Origin: Pristiophorus japonicus
Lineage: Eukaryota
Direction of reading: 5' to 3'
Length of the DNA: 64,000 nucleotides
Assembly (NCBI RefSeq): GCF_044704955.1
Contig: NC_091989.1
Location: forward strand, 173,972,001 to 174,036,000
Positions 10,899 through 22,437 of the stretch are shown piece after piece. Made by a program: the position numbers and the translations under genes. The notes beneath the pieces were generated by a model that was not told the origin of the DNA, did not search any database, and was given only the letters and a program-made list of their open reading frames with translations. Positions within the stretch are counted from its first letter, which is position 1. Each line of letters opens with the position of its first letter.

Positions 10899-13800
10899 GC
10901 TCGAGTACGCATTGGTAGTCCACTTCCAAAATTACATAGATTCGAGAAAGGTTCCCGCAGATTGCAAGTTAGCAAATGTAAAAAAAGACTTGGATTTATA
11001 TAGCACCTTTCATGACCACCGGATGTCTCAAAGCGCTTTACAGCCAAAGGAGTATTTTTTTGGAGTGTAGACACTGTTGTATTGTAACCCCACTATTTAA
11101 GAAAGGAGGGAAGACTGAAAACAGGGAAGTACAGACCAGTTAGCCTAACATTAGTAGTAGGGAAATGCTAGAATCTATTATTAAGGACATGGTAACAGGG
11201 CACTTAGAAAATAATATGATTGGGCAGTCAACACAGATGTATGAAAGGGTAATCACATTTGACAAATCAGTTTTTTGAGGTTGTAATTAGCAGAAAGATG
11301 AGGGAGAGCCAGTGGATGTGGATTTTTGAAAGGCATTCAATAAGGTGCCACATAAGAGATTGAACAAAATTAGGACTCATGGGATTGGAGGTAATATACT
11401 AGCATGGATTAAGGATTGATTAATGGACAAAAAACAGTAGGAATAAACGGGTCATTTTGGGGTTGGCAGACTGTAACTAGTAGGGTACCACAAGTATCAG
11501 TGCTTGGGCCTCAGCTATTCACAATATATATCAATGATTTGGATGAGGGGACCAAATGTAATATATCCAGGTTTGCTAATGATGCAAAGCTAGGTGGGAA
11601 TGTAAGTTGGGAGGAGAATGCAAAGAGACTTCAAGGGGATATAGACAGGTTAAGTGAGTGAACAAGAACATTGCAAATGGAATATAATGTAGAGAAATGC
11701 AAAGTTATCCACTTTGGTAGGAAAAATAGAAAAATCAGTATTTTGTAAACTGTGAGAGATTGGGAAATGTTGGTGTTCAGAAGGACCTGGGTGTTTTGTA
11801 CACGAATCAAAGTTAACATGCAGGTACAGCAAGCAATTAAGAAAGAAAATGGTATGTTGGCCTTTATTACAAGAAATTTTGAATACAAGAATAAAGATAT
11901 CTTACTGCAATTATATAGGCCCCTAGTGAGACCTGGAGTATTGTGTACAGTTTGGGTCTCCTTGCCATAGAGGGAGTGCAATGAAGGCTCACCAGACGGA
12001 TTCCTGGGATGGGGGAATTGTCCCATGAGGAGAGATTGAATAGACTAGGCTGAAATTCTCTTGAGTTTAGAAAAATGAGGTGATCTCATTGAAACATACA
12101 AAATTCTTACAGGGCTTGACAGGGTAGATGCAGGGAGGATGTTTCCCCTGGCTGGGAGTCTGGAACCAGGGGTTACAGTCTCAGAATAAGAGGTCAGCCA
12201 TTTAGGACTGAGATGAGGAGACATTTCTTCACTCAGAGGGTGATAAATCTTTGGAATTCTCTACCCCAGAGGGCTGTAGCAGCTTAGTCTTTGAGTATAT
12301 TCAAGACAGAGATAGATTTTTGAATATGAAGGGAATCAAGGGATATGGGGATAGTGCAGGAAAATAGAATTGAGGTAGAAGATCAGCCACAATCTTACTG
12401 AATGGCAGAGCAGGCTCGAAGGGCTGAATGGCCTATTCCTGCTCCTAATTCTTATAACATTAAGGTGAATGTTAGGGTCAATAACAGTGAAAACTGCTGG
12501 CAGATGTATATAAACGTGGAACTGTGTTTATTTATTTTAAAAAGAGTGAGCTGCATCAAAATAAATCACTGGTAAACCAATACAAGTTAATTCAAATGAG
12601 TGAAACTTGCCCGTAGCGTCCCGACCTTTTGCCAAATTTTAAAATCAGTCAGGGTAAAGAGGTGAAAGAAATGCGGCATCAGGCAAACCCAATTGATGCC
12701 AACAATGTACATGTTTGACATAATTATATTTCATTTTTTTATCAAAAATAATTTCAGATGTGCATAAAGTAGAACTCTGAACAAAGATGTTTATTAAATG
12801 ACAGAACACATCACAACCAAACTATTTACAAATATCTTTTTACAATTATTCCCCAATGTCATGTCTACCAACATTCTGCTGCTATTTGAAGTGATTCTGA
12901 CCGCTGCATATTCTTATGAGAACAGACACCTGATTTAAAAAAAATTGACAACCTGTTGCCCATTTGGATTAAGATTTACTTATTTTGGTTTAAAATATAT
13001 AACCTATTTTAATGCATCTCATTTTGAAATTAAATAAAGCTTAGTCTCTAGTTCTGATCACAAGTAAAACAGTTAAAGTAAAATTGTAAATGTGGACCAT
13101 TGCCCAACGTGGATCTACCTTGAAGTGTCACAATAAAATGTGACCTGTGCATTCACAGCGCCCCTGCCCAGATGGTTCTGTTGGCAAAGATATTGCCCAG
13201 TCTAGAACTGACCAATGGAAACAGGTGCTAGGCACAATTTCTGGTCAGTCCTGTGTTAGCCAATCTCAAACAGATGGCAATAGGGAATTCCAACTGATCT
13301 CAGCATTCCAGGAGTTTAAAAAAATAAGACCCGCTAGATTGTGTATGTATATATATTATATACACACACACACACACGTGAACGTTGAATGATGCTTGGG
13401 TGTGAAGTCTCCCCCATTGAATAACCAGTCTACATAAAAAATAGGAGCAGGAGTAGGCCATTTGGCCCCTTGAGCCTGCTCCACCCTTCTATGAGATCAT
13501 GGCTCATCTCCTACCTCAACTCCACTTTCCTGCACACATCCCTTGATTCTCTTAATATCCAATGATTCCCTCATTTGATGAATGACTGCTTGGATGAGGT
13601 ATCAAAAGGTTGCTGGCAACTCTGGAAGCAAACCCCAGTATAAGTCACCAGCTTTTGCAGTGGGGCAGGAAAAAAAATAACTGTTCCTCTCTTTCCTCCT
13701 TTAAGACGCTTCTTAAAACCTACCTCTTTGGCCAAGCTTTTGGTAACCTGCCCTAATTTCTTCATGTGGCTTGGTGTCAAATTTTGCTTTATAATCACGC

Positions 13801-15231
13801 CTGTGAAACGCCTCGGGGCATTTTACTATATTAAATGCACTATACAAATTGTTGTTGAACTGTACAATATATGGGGTTTATAAACACAAACAAACCAAGT
13901 AGAGATCAGAAGTAACCACAAAAATTTATTACACACATGTAAACAAAACTTTTAAACAACTTTATATTGTGCAAATGCATGTCAAGCACATCCAGAGCAA
14001 GATTCCCAATTTCACAAGCAAGACTGGACTGCAATTCAGCCCCATCAAAATTGGAATGTCAGTCCTGCTCCAACAAATCTCCTTTGGACTGCATGTAGAA
14101 ACCTTTAATGAGGTGATTATAATGAGGCTATATTATTCATCCAGTTAGATCTTCGTCATTAGTGACTTGGATAGCCCAATATCTAAACAGGTTTCCGCAT
14201 CAAGTAATTGAGGCATGGAGACCAGCAAGGCTCGGGTTCAATTCCCCAGTCTGTGCCGAGTTAGTATTTTCAGTCCGGGTGATACAATTTATCTCCGCAC
14301 CCCAAGGATTCGAAAGGAAAATTGGTTAAGAGTTTCCATTTCTGATTGCTATCCACTAAGTGAACATATGTGGATTGTATTGGGCTCACCGTCAAGTCTC
14401 GCATGAATTTACACTTGGGTGGAGCACTGGAGGGCACAGGGACACCCACAGGACAAAAGCTCAAACTCAAAAGTGTTTGCACGGTTTCAGTTTTAAACTG
14501 AGCTCAAGAAATGCAAGACAGTGCATTGAATTATTTCATACAGAAAACATCTCCTGGTGGAACAGGACTGGAAACAGCAGACTCGAGTACTGATTATTGG
14601 TTGTGGAGATCCAGTACCTTGAAGTAATTCAGATATTTGAAACTAGATCCAAAAATCAAGTAAAACGCAAGATTTCAGATAACGAAAGGGGAGCAGTGAC
14701 CTATATGGGCTAAGAGCAAATGAATACGATGGAAAAATTTCACACATATGCAGTTTTCTTGCTAAGAAATTCTACCTTAAACCAGAGCTTACAGGTTAAA
14801 AACTGGTGGAGCTGGACCACTTTAGCACCCCAATCTCCCCTCACCCCAAAATGAAACTTAGCTACATGCTTCGCTTCGGCAGGCATGTAGGATGACCCTG
14901 CTTGCAGCAGAATGTTAATTATGCCCAATGATCTAATAGTCTGCTAAATTCTCATTACTTCCCTGCCTAAAATGGGAGCAATCATTGGCAAAAAAAAAAA
15001 TACAACCTGGCAAGTGCAAGTCAAACTTGTTTACTAAGTGAAATAAAGTCCAAATGATAGTCAAAGCAGGGATTTAAACAAAAAGCCTCCCTAAACTTGA
15101 CACACAGTCATTGTAGAGAGCCTGGCTTTTTTGGCAATTAAGGAATTAGTGGGCCTTGTTTCAAAAAGATCTGCAACTATAATATTGCAAGAGTAAGAGA
15201 AGATATACCCCCCCACCCTAAAAAACACAAT

Positions 15232-15389
15232 GGCCTAGAAATTAGTCTCGACCCTGTATCGGATTGGCCCGGCCGCCGGTTATACACAGCACCTGATATT
15301 CAGGTCCACTGCAGTCAATGGAATTGAACATCAGTCACTGCATATCACAGCCGGCCGATGCAATACATCCAGAGACGAACTTCTAGGCC
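15232..15389. mobile_element. 158-bp hairpin MITE (Harbinger-like)
   Basis: TIRs GGCCTAGAA / TTCTAGGCC; 3-bp TSD AAT; interior largely self-complementary. Confidence 0.75.
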
Positions 15390-16814
15390 AATAGGTTTTC
15401 TTATGAAAATAAAAATACATACAATCTTCCAAAAAATATAAGAAAAGGTAGCTATTTTCTTGAACTTTACGGCTGACTTAATTCTTTCCAACCAAAGATT
15501 AGAAATAGACATTTATTATTTAACATTACATTACATCCCACTGGTTAAATACAGGAAGCTGACAGTATGCATGCTAACCCACTAACTTGGGCTTACATTA
15601 AAAGGTAAAGTTCACTGTAATGAAGCTTTGGTTGGATATCCCAAAATTATTTTATGTGCAACATTACCCGATTACGTTTCAATTTTTAAATATAAAACTG
15701 GACTGATTGTCAGAACTTAGAATTTCACAATATTGTAGTATACAAGGTGTGCCTGTTGGGGGAGAAATCAGATCTTAATGGGAAATTGATGGGAAAAGTA
15801 GACTTTTGGTATTCCTAAAGACCAACAGTAACAAAAGTAAAATCAGACAATTGCAGGAGGAGGAGCAAAGAAAGGGAAGTGAAGAATATTTTAAAAGCAA
15901 AAAGGGAGAAAAAGTACAACCTTCCTTTCTAGCCGTTTCTAAGAGGCAATTTGCTAAATGTCTAGAATAATTAGGAGTTTAAAATCCCTTGCATTTCTTT
16001 AAAAAAAAAATGTGTGGTTGGCAAAGCAGACTAGTGAAGCATAATTTTGATCAACTGGCGTCAGCAAGGGGTTGCCATGGGGTGAGACATTTGCTTTCTC
16101 AATGCTATTGCAAGAAAAAACTGCAATAGCACCATATTTCCATCTTTTGCAAGCCAAGATTGCAGGGATTGGGGGTGTTTCAGTATATGCAGGGAACCTC
16201 CCACACAGAAAAATGTTCGAAAACCAATGCTTTAAAGTTAATTTCAGAGCTGGATCAAGTATTCGGAGATATCACGACCTTTGTGGGGGTGGGGGAGGAA
16301 AGAGAGAGGGAGAGAAAATAACCAAATTTGTTAGTGAATTCTTTAACTCGTTGGTAGGTTATGGTTCCATGGATGCCACACTCTTTCGGCTGCATAGACC
16401 AATGGCTGTTATGTACCTTTAAGTCCAGACAAATAGTGTCAACAGGATATAACACCGCAAGGGGCAGCACAGCCGACCAAGCTCAATTCCCCCACTCCTG
16501 TAAAAGGAGAACCGAAAAATAGTAAGAAAAAAAATAAAATTATTCCTTTCCAATGTATAAACTCCCTATCCCCACAGGACATTATGCCAAAGGATATTTT
16601 TTTTTTTAAATTTAGAGGAATACGTGAACTGCTTCTCCTGAATAATTAAGATTGAAAGGTCAAGAAATAATGTCAACAATGCCACACCATTCACATTGTG
16701 CAAAATTTTGGTCAGCAGACATGGGGGAAATCTAAAGCTACATTACAGCACAGAAGAGGCAAGTTTTCCACAGGAAACATACAAGCATTTACAGAATGTC
16801 CTTGGACTATGGAG

Positions 16815-16927
16815 TCAAGGGACTGGCGTATCATGCCAGGCAGCCCTTTTGTCTGTTATTTTGAAATAGTTCTTCCCCTTTTCTGGAATACTGCTGAACA
16901 TGGTTGAAATGGGAACGTCAGCAATCC
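16815..16927 (-). CDS. CENPN: Centromere protein N, last coding exon (GIADVPISTMFSSIPEKGKNYFKITDKRAAWHDTPVP*)
   Basis: Acceptor tttttag|G; phase consistent; homologous to human GIADAPLSPLLTCIPNKRMNYFKIRDK; TGA at 16817-16815. Confidence 0.92.
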
Positions 16928-17330
16928 CTAAAAAAAAACACAAAAATTGCCATGGTTATTATACCAGCAGAATTACTGCTACAAGTCTTCCATTACCAAA
17001 CCTTCACTTTAGATATTCTACAAACTTTTGCCTTGTCACATTCAACCTGAACAAGCCAAACGTAGCAAATTAGAAGTGAGCTTTGCACCAATTTTAAAAT
17101 CTAGAGAGACTCATTAACAAGTAGCAACTCAATAAAAGATCAGCAATAGAGCATCACTGATGCATAGCAGGTATTTTTTGTGAGAAATTCACAAATGAGG
17201 GTACTGGACATTTTCACGATAAAACTAGACTCTATATTTATGATTCTATACTAGTGATTATTGTAGGGATGACAGGAAAAATATAATAGGCAGACACAAG
17301 GCAATGAATAGGAGCACAGGATATACCTAC

Positions 17331-17457
17331 CTAATGCTGGCAGTGCTCTCAACGATTCAAGAATATTTGGACTGGAAAATTTTGCAATACATCGGAACGG
17401 TTTTTTTCTGTCTGATAAAATCCCCATGTTGTGTTCATCCTTAAAGACCGTTTGTAA
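17331..17457 (-). CDS. CENPN: CENP-N coding exon 9 (LQTVFKDEHN...FRCIAKFSSPNILESLRALPAL)
   Basis: 127 nt; AG/GT boundaries; KFSSP motif. Confidence 0.93.
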
Positions 17458-18501
17458 CTGACCAGAAAAATACATTAGGTATTATAGTAAGTGATACAGT
17501 AACAATTGGCAAATGAACAGCAGTACTAAAATATCTTAAATCGATAAATCCTTTTCAGATTGAAACGGACTATTTCTGTTTTTTTTCATTTATAAAAGCT
17601 TTCCTCCAGACTGCACTAGAGGTGGAAATGAATCAGTCAGGGATTCCTACTCCTCATCACCCGTCAGTAATCCCTGCTGGAAACACATGTGGACAGAATT
17701 GACTGCGATGGTCCCCGTGGATGAATGGTTTGCCGCCAAGGATTACACCCAAATGCTCAACTGCACCCCAGCAAGAAATAAATGTCATCAGTGAAGTCGG
17801 GAAAAGAGAATAATAGAATGATTCTGTGTCGGTTGTTTGATCCAATTAGTCCCGCTCCCCTGCCCTTTCCAATAGCCATGCAAGTTTGCCGACCTTCCAG
17901 TATTTATCCAACTCCCTTTTGAAAGTTATTATTGAATCTGCTTCCACCACCCTTTCAGGCAGTGCATTCCAGATCACAACATCGCGCTGCATTAAAAAAA
18001 AATTCATCTCATCTCTGGTACTTTTGCCAATTACCTTAAAACCTTACCAGAAAGCGGACAAAAAAATAAAGTGGTGGTGGTGTTGGTCGAGGAATAAATG
18101 CTGGCCAAGACACTGGTAGACTCCCCTGGTCCTCTTCAAATTATGCCATGAGATCTTTTACCCTCCACCTGAACAGGTAGAGGAGACCTCAATTTAATGA
18201 CTCATTTGAAAGACAGCATCTCAGGCTGTCAATACTGCCCTGCATTGAAGAGTCAGATTATTTGCTCAAGCCCTGTTGGGCCAAATGGCCTAATTCTGTG
18301 CTGTAAATGCTATGTAAAAAATGAGCGCCATCACTGACTGAGCCAAGCTGACAATCTCTAGAAATTATATTCTACAAAGTATATTATACAGCAGAAGGTT
18401 ACATGGTTTTCCAATTGAGAAAGACTCACAGCCAAGCAATATATTGAAGGTCATAGTATATCAAATCAAAGCGAGACACTGCAGTGTCGTTCAATACACA
18501 C

Positions 18502-18611
18502 CCTGTAGTGAACTTCCTCCAGTTTTGGTAATGACCCCTCTCCAAATGCTGCCAATGATAATCTTTTGACATCTTCTTTCTCTTTGAGATTTTCTACAGT
18601 GATTCTCTGAT
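18502..18611 (-). CDS. CENPN: CENP-N coding exon 8 (DQRITVENLKEKEDVKRLSLAAFGEGSLPKLEEVHYR)
   Basis: 110 nt; polypyrimidine acceptor; homologous to DSRIIHENIVEKERV..FGDYPQPQLE. Confidence 0.9.
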
Positions 18612-18842
18612 CTTGATTGGAGGGAAAAAGAGAAGGAAATGCTTAGATGAATATATAAACGTTAGTCAACATTCTGTCCAGATTAGAGACCAAGTGAATC
18701 ATTTCTGCTATTCAGCAGAACACTATATACAAACCAGTTTTATCAGAGGAGCAACAAGCAGACTAGTTAAGAGCTGAAGTCCAATCTTGCTAAATGTTTG
18801 TTTTAAAAAGTCAATGGAAGCCCACTATGCTGGACAGCTGCA

Positions 18843-19335
18843 AGAAAGAAAAACTTGCTTTTATATAGCGCCTTTCACAACCATCGGACGGCTCAAAGCG
18901 CTTTACAGCCAATGAAGTACTTTTTGAAGTGTAGTCACAGTTGTAATGTGGGAAACGTGGCAGCCAATTTGCACACAGCAAATTGCACAATCCCACAAAC
19001 AGCAATGTGATAATGACCAGATAATCTGTTTTTATGTTATGTTGATTGAGAGATAAATATTGGCCAGGACACCAGGGATAACTCCCCCACACTTCTTCGA
19101 AATAATGCCGTGGAATTTTTTAAGTCCAGCCGACATTTAAAGCCTCATCTGAAAGACAGCACCTCAGACAGTGCAGCGTTCCCTCAGTACTGCTTCTCCA
19201 ACAATGCAGCATTCCCTCAGTACTGCACTGGAGTGTCAGCCTAAAGTTTTTGCTCAAGTCTCTGGAGTGGGACTTGAACCCACAACCTTCTGACTCAGAG
19301 GAGAGTGTAGTACACACAGAGCCACTAGCTGGCAC
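18843..19335 (-). mobile_element. Full-length Deu-domain tRNA-SINE (SacSINE1-like)
   Basis: tRNA-like head with B box (GGTTCAAGTCC), Deu core and TCTT-rich tail. Confidence 0.85.
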
Positions 19336-20031
19336 TCAAATGTGGGGCCACTGCAAAAAAGAAAATCATCACACGCCTCCTACCCAATGTTCCCCATAAT
19401 CTTTTTTTGGCTGTGCAATCCTGTGAACGGACTGTGTTGCCCACACAAAATTTTGCACATGTGCAAAATGTCCCATTGTGAAGCTGGCAAGCGACCCGTG
19501 TGGAACAGTAACATAGCTTCTAACCAATAACTTGTGTGGATGGATGTGCAGCATTCCACTGTTGCGTATACTTGATCTGTTTCGTCATAGATATATGGTA
19601 TATAAAATTAACCCAAAGCTCAAGCTTGTCAGGAAGAGCATTTAATAAATTTACTGCCAGACTAAAAACTTCCATCCCCCAACGGCCAATAAACAGAGAT
19701 TCTGCATAAAATAAATCTGTTGTTTACATGGCTAAAACTCTCCTCCACCACCTTCCCCAAAGAAAGCTTTTCCACAACAAAATCGCAGGACTTATTGCAA
19801 TCAAGAATGAGGGTAAGGACACCTACAAATACAGAATTATAAACAAGCAACTCCTGCCCCAAAAAGTGTCAAACCTAAATACAACATTTTGAGCAATAGT
19901 AAAATGCTACCACTGCCTCCAGTGCAAAGCACTTCTCAAATGGCAAACCATCACATTCTACTTAAATCATTAGATTGCTGTCACAACATACGTGATTGTA
20001 ACTGTGTTGAAATAATAAAATAAAACATTAC

Positions 20032-20089
20032 CAGATTCCTGGCTGGTGTTTAGCGGTTGTAAAGATTTTCTGTGATGTGTAGAAAGTGC
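20032..20089 (-). CDS. CENPN: CENP-N coding exon 7 (ALSTHHRKSLQPLNTSQES)
   Basis: 58 nt; tttcag| and |gtaatg; restores frame between exons 6 and 8. Confidence 0.8.
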
Positions 20090-20703
20090 CTGAAATTAAA
20101 ATAAATTAGAAGATAAAGCTCCAACATCCCAAATGCAACCACACCTTTATTTAAATAGCAACATTAACATAGAACAACTTCCCAAGATGCTTCACAGAGG
20201 AAGAAAGGTACAAATGCCAACTCCTTGTGGGAGAGATGACCAAAACATTGGTCGATGAGTTGGGTTTTGAAAAATCTTTTAAAGGCAGAAAGGGAGAGTT
20301 CTGGAGAATAGGGGCAAGACAGCTGAGAGTTTGCCAGTGGTGGTGGGAGGAAATGACGAGATATGGGAACTTGGCGGACAAATGTGATTAGGACTATTTT
20401 CTCACGCGGACAGTAAATACTGACAGACACTAAGGCAACAGGTCTGTTGGACTGTGGCTCTAACTGGAGGATGTAATAGCTGGCATCCTCCCTAATCTTG
20501 GACACTATGGTCACTGCTCCAGAGCAGAAATCAGTGCAATCCAAGACTACACGTGCAACGCTTGACTCACATCGGATAATTGGGTGGGAAAGGGAAAAAG
20601 GCACAACATTAACTTCCAAGTAATCAATCCAGCTCAAAGTCAAGGGACAGAGTCTGGTTTGCAATAAAAGTTTTACTGAGGGGAAAAGAATGCTTTGTGT
20701 TAC

Positions 20704-20805
20704 CGGATTAAATCGTTTAAGAGCGATGTCTCGGAGGGAGTCCAAGCAACGGCCCCGAAGATCCATCTCTTTGAGCATGTTATGCTCAGTAGCAACAACC
20801 AGTGC
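20704..20805 (-). CDS. CENPN: CENP-N coding exon 6 (ALVVATEHNMLKEMDLRGRCLDSLRDIALKRFNP)
   Basis: 102 nt; homologous to ALTIASKHHQIVKMDLRSRYLDSLKAIVFKQYNQ. Confidence 0.93.
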
Positions 20806-20896
20806 CTGTAAAGCAAATGCAGCCAAATTAGAAACTTCCATTTTTAACACCGGTTCCTAGTAATAAGCACAAACCAAATTCTAAGCAAGGAGTGAC

Positions 20897-21612
20897 ACAT
20901 AGAAACATAGAAAATAGGTGCAGGAGTAAGCCATTCGAACCTGCACCACCATTCAATATCGTGGCCGATCATTCCCTCAGTACCCCGTTCCTGCTTTCTC
21001 TCCATACCCCTTGATCCCTTTAGCCTTAAGGGCCATATCCAACTCCCTCTTGAATATATCCAATGAACTGGCATCAACAACTCTGCGGTAGGGAATTCCA
21101 CAGGTTAACAACTCAGTGAATTAGTTTCTCCTCATCTCAGTCCTAAATGCCTTACCCCTTATCCTTAGATTATGTCCTCTGGTTCGGGAACATTCTTCCT
21201 GCATCTAACCTGTCCAGTCCCGTCAGAATTTTATATGTTTCTATGAGTTCCCATCTCATCCTTCTAAACTCCAGTGAATACAGGCCCAGTCGATCCAGTC
21301 TCTCCTCATACGTCAGTCCTGCCATCCCGGGAATCAGTCTGGTGAACCTTCCCTCAATAGCAAGAATGTCCTTCCTCAGATTAGGAGACCAAAACTGAAC
21401 ACAATCTTCCAGGTGAGGCCTCACTAAGGTCCTGTACAACTGCAGTAAGACCTCCCTGCTCCTATACTCAAATCCCCTAGCTATGAAGGCCAACATTTGC
21501 CTTCTTTACTGCCTGCTGTACCTGCATGCCAACTTTCAATGACTGATGTACCATGACACCCAGGTCTCGTTGCACCTCCCCTTTTCCTAATCTGCCGCCA
21601 TTCAGATAATAT
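20897..21612 (-). mobile_element. CR1 LINE 3' fragment
   Basis: ORF 21170-21496 LYRTLVRPHLE; TTCTATGT tail. Confidence 0.85.
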
Positions 21613-22122
21613 ACTCAAACTGTTTAATGCAGTCCAGCCAAACTCATGCCAAAGTTACATGGAAAGTAGAATACTGGAGTTTAGTTGTTTGAAAAGATTA
21701 ACCTTTATTTTTTAAAAAAAAAAGCTGAGTTGGAGCTCCTTCAACTTAAAAAAAAAAATAATAAAAAATTCATACCCACAGGGAGAGCACACAAATCAGT
21801 TCAACAAATGGGTTAGGAACAAACAGTAAAAGTAGGAACCTTTTCAGCAAGTGCACTTGTAACCAATTCAAATCCAATTCTTGGATCATACACAAGCAAT
21901 ACAGGAAGAACCAAGGCAAACCTTTTCAGTCCAGGGCCCGTTGGAAGGCCACAAGAGGGTGCAATTCTTTTTCATCCATTGACTTATTTGCCCGATATTT
22001 CTATTGCAGTATACCAATTAACATTTTCTGCAATTTTCGCACTGCATTTCCAATACTACCTTTTAGAATATTAATCAGGGTCCCCAGGTGTGTCAGTATT
22101 TGCAGTAGGCTCCCCCCACATA

Positions 22123-22437
22123 TCATCATAGGCAGAAGCGAGGATGTCTTGCTTCCACACCAAAAAGTTCACGGGTGCTTCAATGAAGGACCTAATATTC
22201 CAGATCCCGAACTACATCTTGATGTGTGGAAATACCTGTGCATGGATTTTTTGTGTGTGTGATGGCCGTTGCACACCAGCCACCACATGGGCTTGACAAA
22301 GCTAGGTCTTGGTCCAGTGGCAAGGATTACCCAAGATGACTGGAGACCGGCTCAGCTGCACGGACCTAATGCGCGCACATATCGCAGTGTGGGCTGGCCC
22401 ATGCTGCCCCTGGGCCCTCGCCTCTCCTGGGCCCCGG
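22123..22437 (-). mobile_element. RTE-tailed non-autonomous element
   Basis: Reverse complement of the 1369-1704 family. Confidence 0.65.

Larger units (their letters stand above)
10270..12455 (+). mobile_element. Older CR1 LINE hosting nested insertions
   Basis: Frameshifted RT motifs (VPQVSVLGPQLF, FANDAKL) and CR1 3' UTR. Confidence 0.8.

Noticed and set aside
13150-14400. Ancient SINE-like fragments (also ~17630 and ~51620) as LF-SINE
   Set aside because: Too degraded to assign a family from memory
20164-20850. 228-aa ORF as a stand-alone gene
   Set aside because: Only 34 codons are the CENPN exon; the rest is intron that is open by chance
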